A stretch of 64,000 nucleotides of DNA from contig CDRNST010000085.1 of assembly GCA_977016875.1 (NCBI GenBank), positions 310,001-374,000 on the forward strand. Reading direction: 5' to 3'. This stretch comes from Pavona decussata (Eukaryota). Of this stretch, positions 23,001 through 34,700 are shown piece after piece. The notes below the pieces were generated by a model. The model was not told the origin of the DNA, made no database searches, and was given only the letters and a program-made list of their open reading frames with translations. Position numbers and translations under genes: made by a program. The stretch's first letter is position 1, and each line of letters opens with the position of its first letter.

Positions 23001-26000
23001 CATTGTGTGTCAAGTGTTTTGAGCCGTAATGAACGCTACAGTATTCAAGACCGACCTCAGTTCTTTTCAGTTTTTTTATCCCGACAGTGATTTAGTTAGT
23101 TTAGACAGTGATTTTAATTGGGTAGTTTTTTCCCTTTTCCTTTTATATTTGCGGTAATGGATTTATCCCGTTGCAAGTTATCCTTGTACATGAAGATGTT
23201 GATGTACTACAACGTGGCTGCAGAGAATATTCCATACGACAAGTCACATACATGATAAACACAAACAGCGTAGTCCCTGGAACAAGTTGCAGGGGCATAC
23301 TTCATGTAGTGTCTACATGACGGACTGGTCACGTTGGCAATTGCTGTTGATTGATTATCACAGGGATTCAAACATCAACAGTACACAACGAGAAAAAAGT
23401 GCAATTTGAAGCAACAAGTGCTTATCACTTGTCCCACAAAATTCAAACAAGATTAACAAATCACAAGGACCGAATGTTTACTGCAATTAAATTTTCTTGA
23501 TGGATGGAAATGGGTAATTCCACAGGAAAAAAGTGATTCTCTATAAGCCTTAAAGGGGAAGTATCATGGGGGTTTTAATATATCTTTTGTTAAAAATGAT
23601 GAAATAAGACGTTCAATCAGCTGCTCAATAATTCCAGAATGACGAGAGGAAAGAAATCAACTCAACTCTTGAAAGGAACAGCTTGTGATCTGTTCTAGCG
23701 CATTTTGGAAACAAAACTGCTAGAACTTGAAAAACGTTAGCCTAACATTTTTCAAGTTTCAATCCATTCCGACCTACTCTGTCTCTGGCCAGAGGCATGC
23801 ACTAATCGACAGTTTTATTGCACCGGCGTGATAATTTATAACTAACTTGACAATTATTTCGTTGTTTCCACTGACAGAAAAACATTTTTGGGTTTTGAAA
23901 TGATAGCAAATTTGCGTGATGCTTCGCCTTTAAGATGCAGTAACTAGTGCAGTCCTTTCATGTGGGATGTTAAGGCCTTGAGGAAGACAGCATTTCAAGC
24001 ACCTAAAACATTAAAATCTTGCATGCAACAAGCTACATTCTGTTGTTTATCAACATGATGAGTGTTTTCAAGTTTCGTTCTGGTTAGATGTCCAATGCAG
24101 TTCTAGCAACAACGAGATACATTTAAATTTGTACAGAGCGCTTGAAAACGCACCAAGACTAAATCTTTTGACCTCTTAAGGTATATGGTGAGGCACATTA
24201 GTACAAATAAATATATTTTTCTTTTCTTTTCTCCTTTTTCTTTTGGGGGGGGGGGGGGGGGAGTGCATAGAACATGCTGAAAGTCAACTTCAACTTTACT
24301 ATCACCTTACATCATACAGCTTATCGTAGAGTGGCTTGCAGGTAGCAATTGATTAGGGCTCAGTGGACAAACGCACAATTAAAAAAATGGTGATTTTGCC
24401 TGAAAACTTTTGGCAATCAGACAAATCGATTAAAATTTAAAATCAATCAAATCAACAACAATCAGTCAATCAATCAATCAATCAATCAATGGCTAGACGT
24501 ATTCATTTTGAAGAAATGATAAAACAAAACAAAACGACCACAAAAGAGGTGATAGCCTTTGTGTACCACACTTGTAAGGAAATTAAACCAGCAAAGCGAG
24601 GAATTAAAAACGATTTGATTTGCTGGCTCATTCGGTTAATTTTCCTTGCAAATAATCTAGGTAGGCCAGTTTTTCGTCAATTGGAAAGGAGTCCTATATA
24701 TAAATGGCAATTAAATTTTATTCAATGAAATCTTCCAAATTATGAAAAGAGGTAAGAAAAAGATATACATGTATCTATTTTTGTAGATACCTCTAATTAA
24801 GACAATTTAGTTTTGTTCCAATTTTTTTATATGTATGTATCACAGCATAACAGGTGTTTCTGTAAAGAGCCTCTGTGGCTGTCCATCTAAAGATAAAGTT
24901 AATTTTTTGTATAAACATTTCGCAATTTTTTGTTGAACCCACCACAAGCACCATAAGACACAACAACGAGTGGTGTTTTACCTTTAGCAAGGCCAATACA
25001 ACATTCATTCGTATTTGGCTTATACTAAGCTTTGGGGAGTAAAACAACAGCAATTACATTGAGGCTCAAAGATGAATAATTTATTTCTTTTATTTTATTC
25101 CCCTAAGCCTGGTAGTCAAGCTAGAATTTTATCAAAATTGGTCTGATCTACATAGTTACACTGTATAGAGAAGGAAACAGCAAACTTAAAACTCACTGGA
25201 ATCGCGCTGAAACGGCCCAAAAAACGCCACACAAACACTGTCAAGGTTAGGAATTTTTGTTCGATTCATAATCTTTATTTTTGACTCCTAAACACGTTCG
25301 TAAGTTTCCATACAGACCCTTATAATTTATGCCATTGCATAACTCATCATGACACTCAAATTTCAACTTGAAGTTACAAAGGTCTCATAAACGCCCCTGG
25401 GGCTTGCACTACCTGTGGTCTGTAGCTTATGAATGTAAACGGTATCAGGAGTGGATAATCCCTAACAATGAGAAAACTTCACGTAAGTTGTAACCTATGA
25501 TTGAGTATCCACTTTAATAGCACTGGCCATGGAGAGGTGTGTTTGTGGAAGGTTAATTACTATTCTAGCTAATTACAATTGCAGTACTTTAATGCATCCA
25601 CTCACCTGACGAGTGAACAGTAATGGTCTGTTCAGATTTATTGCTTTTAATGTGTTATTGAAATTTAGAACTGTAGCCATTGCAATGATACTCTCTATCT
25701 TCTGCAAAAAAATATATTGCATGTTAATTCATTTTCATATTAATATAAATTCAAAACTAACCACAAGAGTTATGTGGAGATGGGGAAATAATGTTTCACA
25801 GACATTAGAGAACAATAATAAAAATGGATTGTTCATGTGTATACGTCCGCTTTTTGTAGCTTAACGTCTGCTTAACGAACCCCAACAACTTTTAACTGCA
25901 AATCTTCCCATTTATTTATTTATTTTTTTTGAATACCGCTAAAAATTCCTGGTAAAGTGAAACTACCCAAAAGATACAGCCAAAATTTCCCTACCAAAAA

Positions 26001-29000
26001 AAAAAATACAGAGATTGTGAATTTCAAACCCAAAAATTCCTTCACACCTCCCTGTCCACATCACTTTTAACCCAGGGTACCCTCCCCCTGACCACCCCTC
26101 TCCCTCCCCTTCCCCCCCCCCCCCCCGTCAGGTGTTCCGTGGTCTATAATCTGCTAGCCTGCGTAGCAAGCGTTTCCGTGCTGTTTCCGAGCAAGGACCG
26201 CGCGAAAAATGGCGCGAGTAAGCGGGGAGGGGCTCTCGTTTCATTTCTCGCGCGGCCAAAACCGAGAATCTCGTTCCTCGGTCTTTCTTTGCTCCGAAAC
26301 AGCACGGAAACGCTTGCTACGCAGGCTAATAATCTGCGGATTCTACTAAAGGATTCTCTAGTACGTATGTACATTTATTACCTGATCAGTTTCTGCCAGG
26401 TCAAGTTCTTCTAGCATGGTGTTTACTTGAAGAGCTCCAGCTATCGCCATGCCACCTTTGTTGTCTATTTTGTTTCCATTTAACCTCAGCTTGCTCAAAG
26501 TCTCATTCACCTGATACAGTGATGGTATAAACTACACTGAGTTGTCAGGATTATCACAGCAGTGTGCACATAACTTATAATAGCAACTTCCAGTCAATTT
26601 TGCGACGATGGAAAAGAAGCTGCTAGAAATGTTTCTTTCTTTCTTTCGAACCTTGGGTGGACTCACTTAAGCTTCAAATTCAATAGCACAGTTAAAATGC
26701 TACCTCTAACCTCTTGTTGTATAAGATTTTATTTCACATGTAGGTACATTATTTAAGAGTAGTACGTCTATGTGTGTGTGTCTTTTTTATTTCTTTTCTT
26801 TTCTTTTTTTTTTTTTTCATCTCATAGTGTTAGAGATATATTTCATTGGTTTATTACTGAAATGGCAAACAAAAAAAAAAAAAACTCAAGACATTCAATT
26901 TTACCGGATTGACAGGTGTTCATTAAGAAGGTACTTAACATGCACATATAGAAATTAAAGCGAGAAACAAGAAGGATTTACAGAGCTACAGGACTTTTTC
27001 ATTCATGGAACAAAGCATTAGGATGTGCTCAAGACATTAATGAATGCATTCATGTACATCTAAGGGATTTATTTGCTTCGTGTAAATTTGTTATAGGAGA
27101 GTCAGGAAAAGAATTCCCAACCTGGAGAAAATTCAGCAATGTTGGCAGGTTCACCAGTTTAATTGACTTAAATTTTTCTCTGTTGTAGACGATAGTAATG
27201 AATTGGAGACAAAATACTGTAAAGAAAAACTAAACTGATTTAAAGCTTTTCAACCCAAAAACAAAAATAAAGCATGCATACACAAAAGTATGTCACAAAA
27301 GACTTACCTGCAATCCCTTGGCAATTGCTTCACCACCAGCTGGGCCAATATCATTGTAACTTAACACCAGCCACTGGAGGCAAACTGTCTCCTGCAAAGC
27401 AACAAACATTTTGTGATTGTCACAACATATTTATAGAACAGGAATGACCCAGTTGAAGGTAGATGAAGCATGTTGATCAGCACCTACTGAAAATAATATT
27501 TTTTGATCAGCTAGCTGTTACATTTCTCAATATTATACACTTTATTTATTGCGCAGTTCCAGAAAATATCCATACTCCTACCACGGAAGGCTTTTTGTTT
27601 TGCACCCCCTATCCCCTTCGAAAATTCCAGTTTAGCTTCATACTTTGCTTCTAAAATTTTGACTTTTAAGACCCCCCTCCCCCTGGGAATTTCCAATGAC
27701 CTTCCATGGGGTGGGTATGGATTTTTTCTGGAACTGCACATTATGTGTATCACAAACTAGTAGCTAGGCTTATGCAACAGGACAGCTGAAAGATTAGTGG
27801 ATCAGGCAAAATATATAGAGCCCTTCACATTCTAGTATGAGTACGACTATAACGAATATGAGACTTGACTGCAAGTTTAAGCAAAGTACTAAGAAGAGAT
27901 ATCCGTGAAAACATTGGATCAAAATACAGTCAAGATAGCAACTTCACTGACTTACCTGAAGTAGCTGGCCTAACAGCTTGGCACCATTATCAGCAATATT
28001 ATTGTATCCTAGATCCAGTCCAATGATAAACGTGTTGCTTTTTAGTGTTTTATACAAAATTGAAGCATCCTGAGGGAGATCAAAAAAAATTATGCAGTAA
28101 TATTTCCTGTTATATTTTATACTTTATTATATATACCATGAAAAAATTCTGAATTTAGAATAATTATTTTACTACTTAACTGCCCAAGGTGCACACCCAT
28201 TCTATTTCTATATTTCTAGGTCTATTTCAGAGAAGCGTGGGTTTTGGGGAGAGGGAAGGGGAAGAGAGTGATTGGGAAGGGAGGGGAGGGAAGGGGAAAT
28301 ATTGATTTACTCTCATTACACTGTATTTCTTCAGATTTTTTGGCCCTTTAAGACTCCCACCCTGCCCCCTCTCCCTGGAATTTCCATTCCCCTCTGTTGG
28401 AGGGTACAGATATTTTCTCTAACTACACATTAAATTTTCTATTTTTACAAATAGGACTATTTTAAAAAGTGGCTAACCCTTAGTTATTTGGATCATGTGT
28501 ACTATAGGTGGTCTCGGTCAATATGTCGACCGATATATCGACCAACTATCGGTCGACTATCGACCGACATATATCGGTCATATATATCAGTCGATAGTTG
28601 GTCGACTATCGGTCGACTGTCGACCGATAGTTGACGAATAAATATGTCGACCGATATAAACTAAGATCATCGATACTCGACCGACACTTGACCGACATTT
28701 GACCGACACTTGACCGATGCTTGACCGATACTTGACCAATACTCAACTAATAATTTTGAGGCCCAAAATTATGTCGCTCAAAATATATTACGCCTTGTCG
28801 AAATCTTCCAAAATGCGTTGGATAAAAAAGAAGTCATTTCTTTTCTTTGGACCTTGTCTCGCAAGACTTTTCACTAGCTCCTGCAATGAGCTAGACTGCT
28901 CGTCTCTCTTTCGCACAAAATTTACCGGCGAGTGAACAAAAATAATTTAGCCATTACTAGATACCGTGATCGACCTTTTTTTAACATTAAGAGCGGCTCA

Positions 29001-31349
29001 GCATAGAATTTCTTCCTTTTGAAGGCCTCATGAACACATCCGCCACTACTTGTTCCGCCATCTTGGATGCAGGATTTGCCAGTCTCTCTGCTTTACCTCG
29101 CCTACCAAGCATTCTTTGCACCCCTCCCCTCCCCACACTCCCTCTCCGCTTGCTTTTTTTATAATCGCGCGGGTGACTGGGGACGAGGCAACCGCACTCT
29201 CGCAGTGGATGAAAGAACGAGGTTTATTCGTGAAGTTTATATACAGTTTTTATGTTAATTATGACGACTGCGGCACTGCGTATAGTAGCAAGTTTTTTTA
29301 TTTAAGATATTTTGTGGGCCTGGTATTCTGCAATCTAGTCTTCCATTTATATGAGTTCTCCGCTTAATCGAAAACTCATCTACAATAAAGGTAACTGTAT
29401 GGTACGCTATCTAAAGATCACGCCGAGTCCAAATTACAATTAACATCTGTAGCGCTAAGAACTAAGGTTAAATAACTGTTTCAGGTACGTTGGCTAAACG
29501 ATACTTGACCGATACTCAGCCGATAGTTGACCGATACTTGACCGATATTCGACCGATGTTTGACTGATATTTGACCCACAATCTACTGATACTTCACCGA
29601 CAGTCGATCGCTAAATACCCATCGATTTGTCGACCGATACATCGGTTGACTGTCGACCAATATATCGGTGGACTATCGGTCGATATATCGACCAAGTAGC
29701 GACCGATAATCGGTTGATAGTCGGTCGATAGTCGACCAATAGTCGGTCGATATATCAGTCAACGTATCGACCGAGACCACCCATAGTACACATGATCCAG
29801 TTATTTTAGTATTTTTTTAATGTACCTCATCAGTTAGTCTTCTTCTGTACATTTCATTGCGTTCATTTCTTCTGTTGCCATGGAGATGCAAGTCAAACTC
29901 AATAATTGGCTCCCTGTTGACACATGATAACTGTTGTCATCTTTTGAATTATTTATATGATGAAATGCACTAAATGAAAAGCTTGGAACTGTCACAGGTC
30001 AACTGGATACTCATTAAGCTATGAATATTTTGTTAAACACATGATCGGTAATATTAAACTTGTGATAAAAAGTTGTTTAAAAAAACTCGGCTGCACCTCG
30101 TTTTTTCAACCTACTTCCCGGTGTTTGGATACCTAATGAAACACACTTTCTTGTGTTTGATGTATTACATGCAGTACTACAGTTATGGACAATTTGTTTA
30201 GATAATCAAGCCATTTTAGTTTCAGTGATCATTTTCTGTATTCTTACAACCTCTGCACTTGATCAAGTTGTGATGTTGTAAGGAGAATATTATGCTGATC
30301 AATATTTGAAATTAAAGGGTTGACCTAGGTCTGCTATAATAACAATGTGCATTTCCAGAAAAAATCCATACCCACCCCATCGAAGGACATCAGAAATTCC
30401 TAGAGAGAGGGGGGTCTTATTAAGTCAAAATTTTAGAAGCAAAGTATGAAGCTAAACTGGAAATTCCTTGGGGGAAAGGGGGTGCAAAACAAAAAGCCTT
30501 CTGTTTGGGGAGTATGGATATTTTCTGGAACAGCACAATGTAGTGGACCCTCACATTTTTTTAAAAGCCTCTGAATGTTCCCAAACAGTTTATAGAGATC
30601 CAAAATTCTATCATTTTACAGAGTAGCTACTGCATAAAATAACTTATTTGTTTTCAGCTATTTATTAAACAATTATGACGAAATATGGATTGATCTGAAT
30701 GATCTTTTTTGCAGGAAATAAAATGTTCAAAGTTTGATTAAGAAAACAAAAGGCCTCGTGCAATAGAATGATGAAAAAATACAATAATCTTAATCAAGTT
30801 ATCCATTTATTGACTCAAAGAATCTCAATTACCAAACCCCCTGGGGATAAAAGTGGTTAATTAATGAAAACATTTTTGAGGTTACTAAGCAACAAGGGGT
30901 TAAAAGGTGTTAGGTTTCATACAGTTTCTACCAGCGTTTGCTTTCAAATTTCCGCCTTATTGCATACGGTAACCACTGGCAACGTCAACATTTATTATTT
31001 GACAAATGTAAATTGCCAAGATCATTCTATATGCTGTTTACTGTTTGCTGGTAACCGTAAAGTTATTCATTGTGGTGTAGCTTGTAAAGCGCCCTTCAAC
31101 TACAATCCACCAGTTTCGAAAAAATAACATATAAGCTTAATTTAGCCCAAGATCAAGCTTATTAGCAAAAGTAGTTAAAATAAAACCTTTAAATATAACT
31201 TACGCTTAATTTTTAAGCTTACTCAAAACTCACAAGAAACTATCGTCAACTGCAGAATTCAACACGGCTAAAATCTCAGAATCTGCTTCCTTCCCCAGCT
31301 CAGCGCAAACTTTGAGGTAATCTTCCTTTGTCGAAGTAGCATCAGCCAT
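20073..31349 (-). CDS. LRRC34: Leucine-rich repeat-containing protein 34 (10 exons, 393 aa)
   Basis: Exons: 31349-31234, 29913-29826, 28069-27956, 27391-27308, 26510-26382, 25701-25606, 22705-22551, 22030-21875, 20683-20557, 20189-20073. All GT-AG, phases consistent, 1182 nt. RI-like LRRs (LDLGYNNIADNGA, LSYNDIGPAGG, LNGNKIDNKGG, LAYNRIEDDGA), NRPLLFTRQEETTVHMAKMLKVN, IWGNKLEEPAC and the C-terminal TDVEPYVVDGTVYLA are characteristic of LRRC34. Confidence 0.93.
20752..20950. repeat. (GACC)n/(GACT)n microsatellite spanning an assembly gap (N 20794-20922)
   Basis: Tetranucleotide repeats flank both sides of a 129-N run. Confidence 0.9.
21270..21615. repeat. Degenerate repeat rich in AAGGATCC/AAAGATCTT subunits (LRRC34 intron)
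   Basis: Many recurrences of gaaggatcctt, aaagatcttt and aaggatctc. Confidence 0.5.
22257..22399. mobile_element. MITE, same TIR family as 2137-2327
   Basis: ctggccctagttgttcaaagagcggataac ... gttatccgctctttgaacaactgggacctg. Confidence 0.75.
23554..23929. mobile_element. Kolobok-like MITE (TTAA-flanked)
   Basis: ttaa-AGGGGAAGTATCATG ... CGTGATGCTTCGCCT-ttaa; imperfect TIR. Confidence 0.6.
26155..26328. mobile_element. TAGCCTG...CAGGCTA MITE with 9-bp TSD (AcademH-like)
   Basis: TIR TAGCCTGCGTAGCAAGCGTTTCCGTGCTGTTT. Exact TSD ATAATCTGC at 26146-26154 and 26329-26337. Explains spurious ORFs 26139+ and 26144-. Confidence 0.9.
27550..27740. mobile_element. MITE with TG(T/C)GCAGTTCCAGAAAA TIRs
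   Basis: Inverted termini with TTAT on both flanks. A second copy in opposite orientation lies at 30346-30537. Confidence 0.8.
28490..29798. mobile_element. Foldback-type non-autonomous DNA transposon, 8-bp TSD, long TIRs built of CGACCGATA-like subrepeats
   Basis: Termini GGATCATGTGTACTAT(A/G)GGTGGTCTCGGTC inverted at both ends. Exact TSD AGTTATTT at 28482-28489 and 29799-29806. Confidence 0.9.
30346..30537. mobile_element. MITE, inverted copy of the 27550-27740 family
   Basis: Shared internal sequence (ttttagaagcaaagtatgaagctaaactggaa) and the same TIRs. Confidence 0.8.
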
Positions 31350-31765
31350 TGTTGTGCCTCGTAAAAGTGAGAATATTTCCCTTGATTCAGTTTATTTTCC
31401 CCTCAAACTGTGATCGAAATATTCCCGCCATCAGCGGCCATTTTAAAATGTGTTGCTAGGCAATACAAGCTTTGGTAGCCTCGTTTGCATTTCAAAGAAA
31501 TTTTATATAAAGCGCATTTTGATTGGCTTGTATGATTGCATAAGAAGGTAAGAAGAGGTGCGACCAATCACATAAGTGCTAAGAAAACACGAAGTAAATA
31601 TTTACTCGTTGCTAGAACAACACGCGATCAACCTGCACTGTCTCCAAGACTTCGGTGAAAGGTTTTGAATGAAACAACGGGTGAGAGGACAAGACATCGT
31701 GCGACAAAACATTCTGCTTCAGTTTTTTTCCAGATCGCAGTAATCTTAAGAAAGTTGCGCCAAAT
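31350..31765. promoter_or_regulatory. Bidirectional promoter between LRRC34 and the ankyrin-C2 gene, with RFX X-box-, forkhead- and CCAAT-like motifs
   Basis: 416 bp between divergent ATGs. GTTGCTAGGCAAT 31452-31464, GTTGCTAGAACAAC 31608-31621, GTAAATATTTAC 31594-31605, GATTGG ~31521, CCAATCA ~31564. Confidence 0.7.
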
Positions 31766-34700
31766 ATGACGATACGCGCCGAGGAGGAGGAAGAAACTAA
31801 ACTGCATGTTGCCGTTCGGTTGCACAACGCCAAGCTAGTTCGCGCCGCACTCCGCGACCAAGGATTAGACATCGATGCCTTAGGGACTTATGGCTGGACT
31901 GCTTTACACGAAGCGGCTTCTTGTGGCTATCTAGATATCGTTGTCCTGCTTTTAGAGAACGGAGCAGATCCAAATATTCAAGAGAGCGTCCAAAGATGTA
32001 CGCCTATTCACCTTGCCGCGAAGAATGGTCATTTGGAAGTTGTGATGAGTTTGGTTCGCTGTGGAGCACGTTTAGACCTGAGAAATGCTGAAGGAAAAAT
32101 ACCCCAAAATTATGCTGACGATGAATGCAGGGAATTTTTGCAAAGGCAACGTGAGTAAACCAATGGAAAGTTTGATAAAAACCTCGAAGAGGATCTTGTT
32201 TGTAATGGAAACAATTTGATACGCCGATGGTTCTGTAATTGGTTTTCGATCTAGACAAAAATTGCTTGATTGCATTTGGCAATATTGGTTTATTTTGATC
32301 TAAACGATAAACTTAGAGCAACTATGTACCTTTCTTTCGTCATTCGCCCGTTTAGAAGACATATATCGCTTCATATACAGAGCGATCGATCGAATACTCG
32401 GTCACCTCATCAAAAGAGAGGTTATCATGTGATGGACGTAACATCCTAGAAATAAGGCGTCTGTATTAAATTCATGTAAGTTTCCTTTGTCAATCGAATT
32501 AGAAGTTTTGTAGAAGTTAAATATAGCCTTGTACTGTGTGAAATATAAGCTTATTCGGTAACTTGATTACAAGAGAAAATCCTGCTAATTCCGTATTGTT
32601 TTCGAGTCTTTGCATGGCACCCTATATAGTCACTGTTCGCTTACAGAGTCCAACATCAACGTATCAGCGTATTTGGTGGTGTTTCAGTTTTCGTTTTGTT
32701 TCTGTGAATACGGAGTTCGTCAGAAAGGTTGTACTTACTTGTTTAACCTGAGTGCATGTAACTACACATGTTAACATTATCATTGCGTCGAACATTACAT
32801 CATTACTAAGTTCCCATTTGTGTTAAAGATCAACATTTTAAAGCTTCTAACAATACAGAATCAACATTAAGAAGCTTTACGTGTACTTGTTGAGCTTTGG
32901 AAAGCTTACCTCTGTTGATTATTTTTTCTCCAGGAGTCGAAGATGTGATCAAATTAAGCCCAAGTCCAGTTGAAGACGGTCGTTCAGTTCATAAGGTAAG
33001 CAATCGCTTTAATACTGTGCATTACGCGTGCATTCAACTCTGTTATTAAACCAATTTTCATGGCCAGCATCAAATATCACGACAGAGCTTCTCCGGTCTA
33101 AAATAAGCTGATGGTGCAGTTTCGTTTGGTTCATTTGTATTTTGCCATCTGAGAAGGCCCAAGATCCCAGATGTAAGCCATAGAGCTGATGGTATTCTTA
33201 CATATGAGCATGTACAAGGCTTATTATAGGGGTTGAAGGTTGGATATAACATTAAAGAAGAAACCTTTATTGTCTGTTCACACAAGCCCATCCCCCCCCC
33301 CCCCCCCCACCACCACAAGAAGGAAACAAACTGCTACCATTATGTTGTCATTGGATATATTTGGCATACCTTCTTTCAGTCAACCATGTTAAGGGTATTG
33401 TCTTGATCTTTTTCGATTGCAGCTCTATGGCCACAGATCTAGCCAAAGCCCTGTTCTTAAAGTGCGGAAGGCATCGCCTCAGTGGTCGGAAAGCTCAGAG
33501 AGTTCAAGAGAAAGCATGATGACTAGTAGCTCAGGTATGCTGACGTTTTGACTTTTGTTTTTCCAAGTTTGAAATCTGGAGGGAAAGTTGTGATAATATC
33601 ATTAATTTTGCAAATACAGATTGACAACCATGGTGGCATTTGGAATTATTTTTAATAGTTTCACAATAAAACAAGGAAGTGAAACACAGTGAGACAAAAC
33701 CTTGAGGTGGTCGTTATCGTAAACTTAATAACAATGGTAACCAACACCCTTGCGTAAACAATGAATATTACATTAGATCATTTTCTGAATTCCGAAATAT
33801 CTTTATTAAAACATCTTATAACCTTGTGTTTGATTAATAATTTTTGGACGTAAACTCAGCAAAGCACTTCAGAGTCATTTTTACATTCCCTGTGATACAG
33901 AGCTTGTTGAAATGGCCATTGTTATTTGTTTGTTACTCATTGCTATTTTAGATCAAAATGCAATATGTAAATAGAATTCCAAACTATTGATAGTGCAGCT
34001 TACATTAATATGTTTCCTCATATCTGATGTCTGCTTCTTTGTTAACGTGTCTCTCTTCTAGTAAGTAAACTTGGTGGATTCCTTTGCACTGCTGTATATG
34101 AAAACAATCCTGGCATAAAATTAGCTGATGCAAATTAATATTATAATAACTTTTTATTGCTCAAAACAAAAGATTAATTGCATGGCCAAATATAATAAAT
34201 GACAGCTGTGCGTAATTTATGCTACAAAGAATCCAGCAACTTCTATAGGGCACTAAAAGGAAGTTGTAGAAAAAATATTGACTTAGTATGTATTTATATT
34301 CAACTTATGAAAATTCAAATCTTAATCAATCTTGCTTTGTTTATTTTAAGGCTCTAGTAGTGAAAGCTTTGTTGCATCATCAGGAGATCTGCAACAACCA
34401 GGTATTGTTTCTTTAAATGCAGTTTGAACTTCATCGACAGTCACATTATTCTGTAAAGTTTTAAGTTGTAATATTCCCTGTAGTGTAGTATTTGACTTAT
34501 GAATAGCATAAATTAACCTGTCAATGTTTTGAATGTATTTTTCAGGTCCTGGAGAAATCAAGGTGTCAGCTAGTTTTAACAGAGAGCGGCAAACTCTCAT
34601 TGTTCACATTGGGGAAATAAGAGATGTTAAGCTTCCTGCAGGTAATCCTAAAATTTAACTCATAATTCTCTCAATTCATATATGTGTTAGTCAGACCTCT

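Noticed and set aside
28500-28745. CRISPR-like or iteron-like short repeats
   Set aside because: No unique spacers; these are subterminal repeats of a TSD-flanked transposon in a eukaryotic intron.
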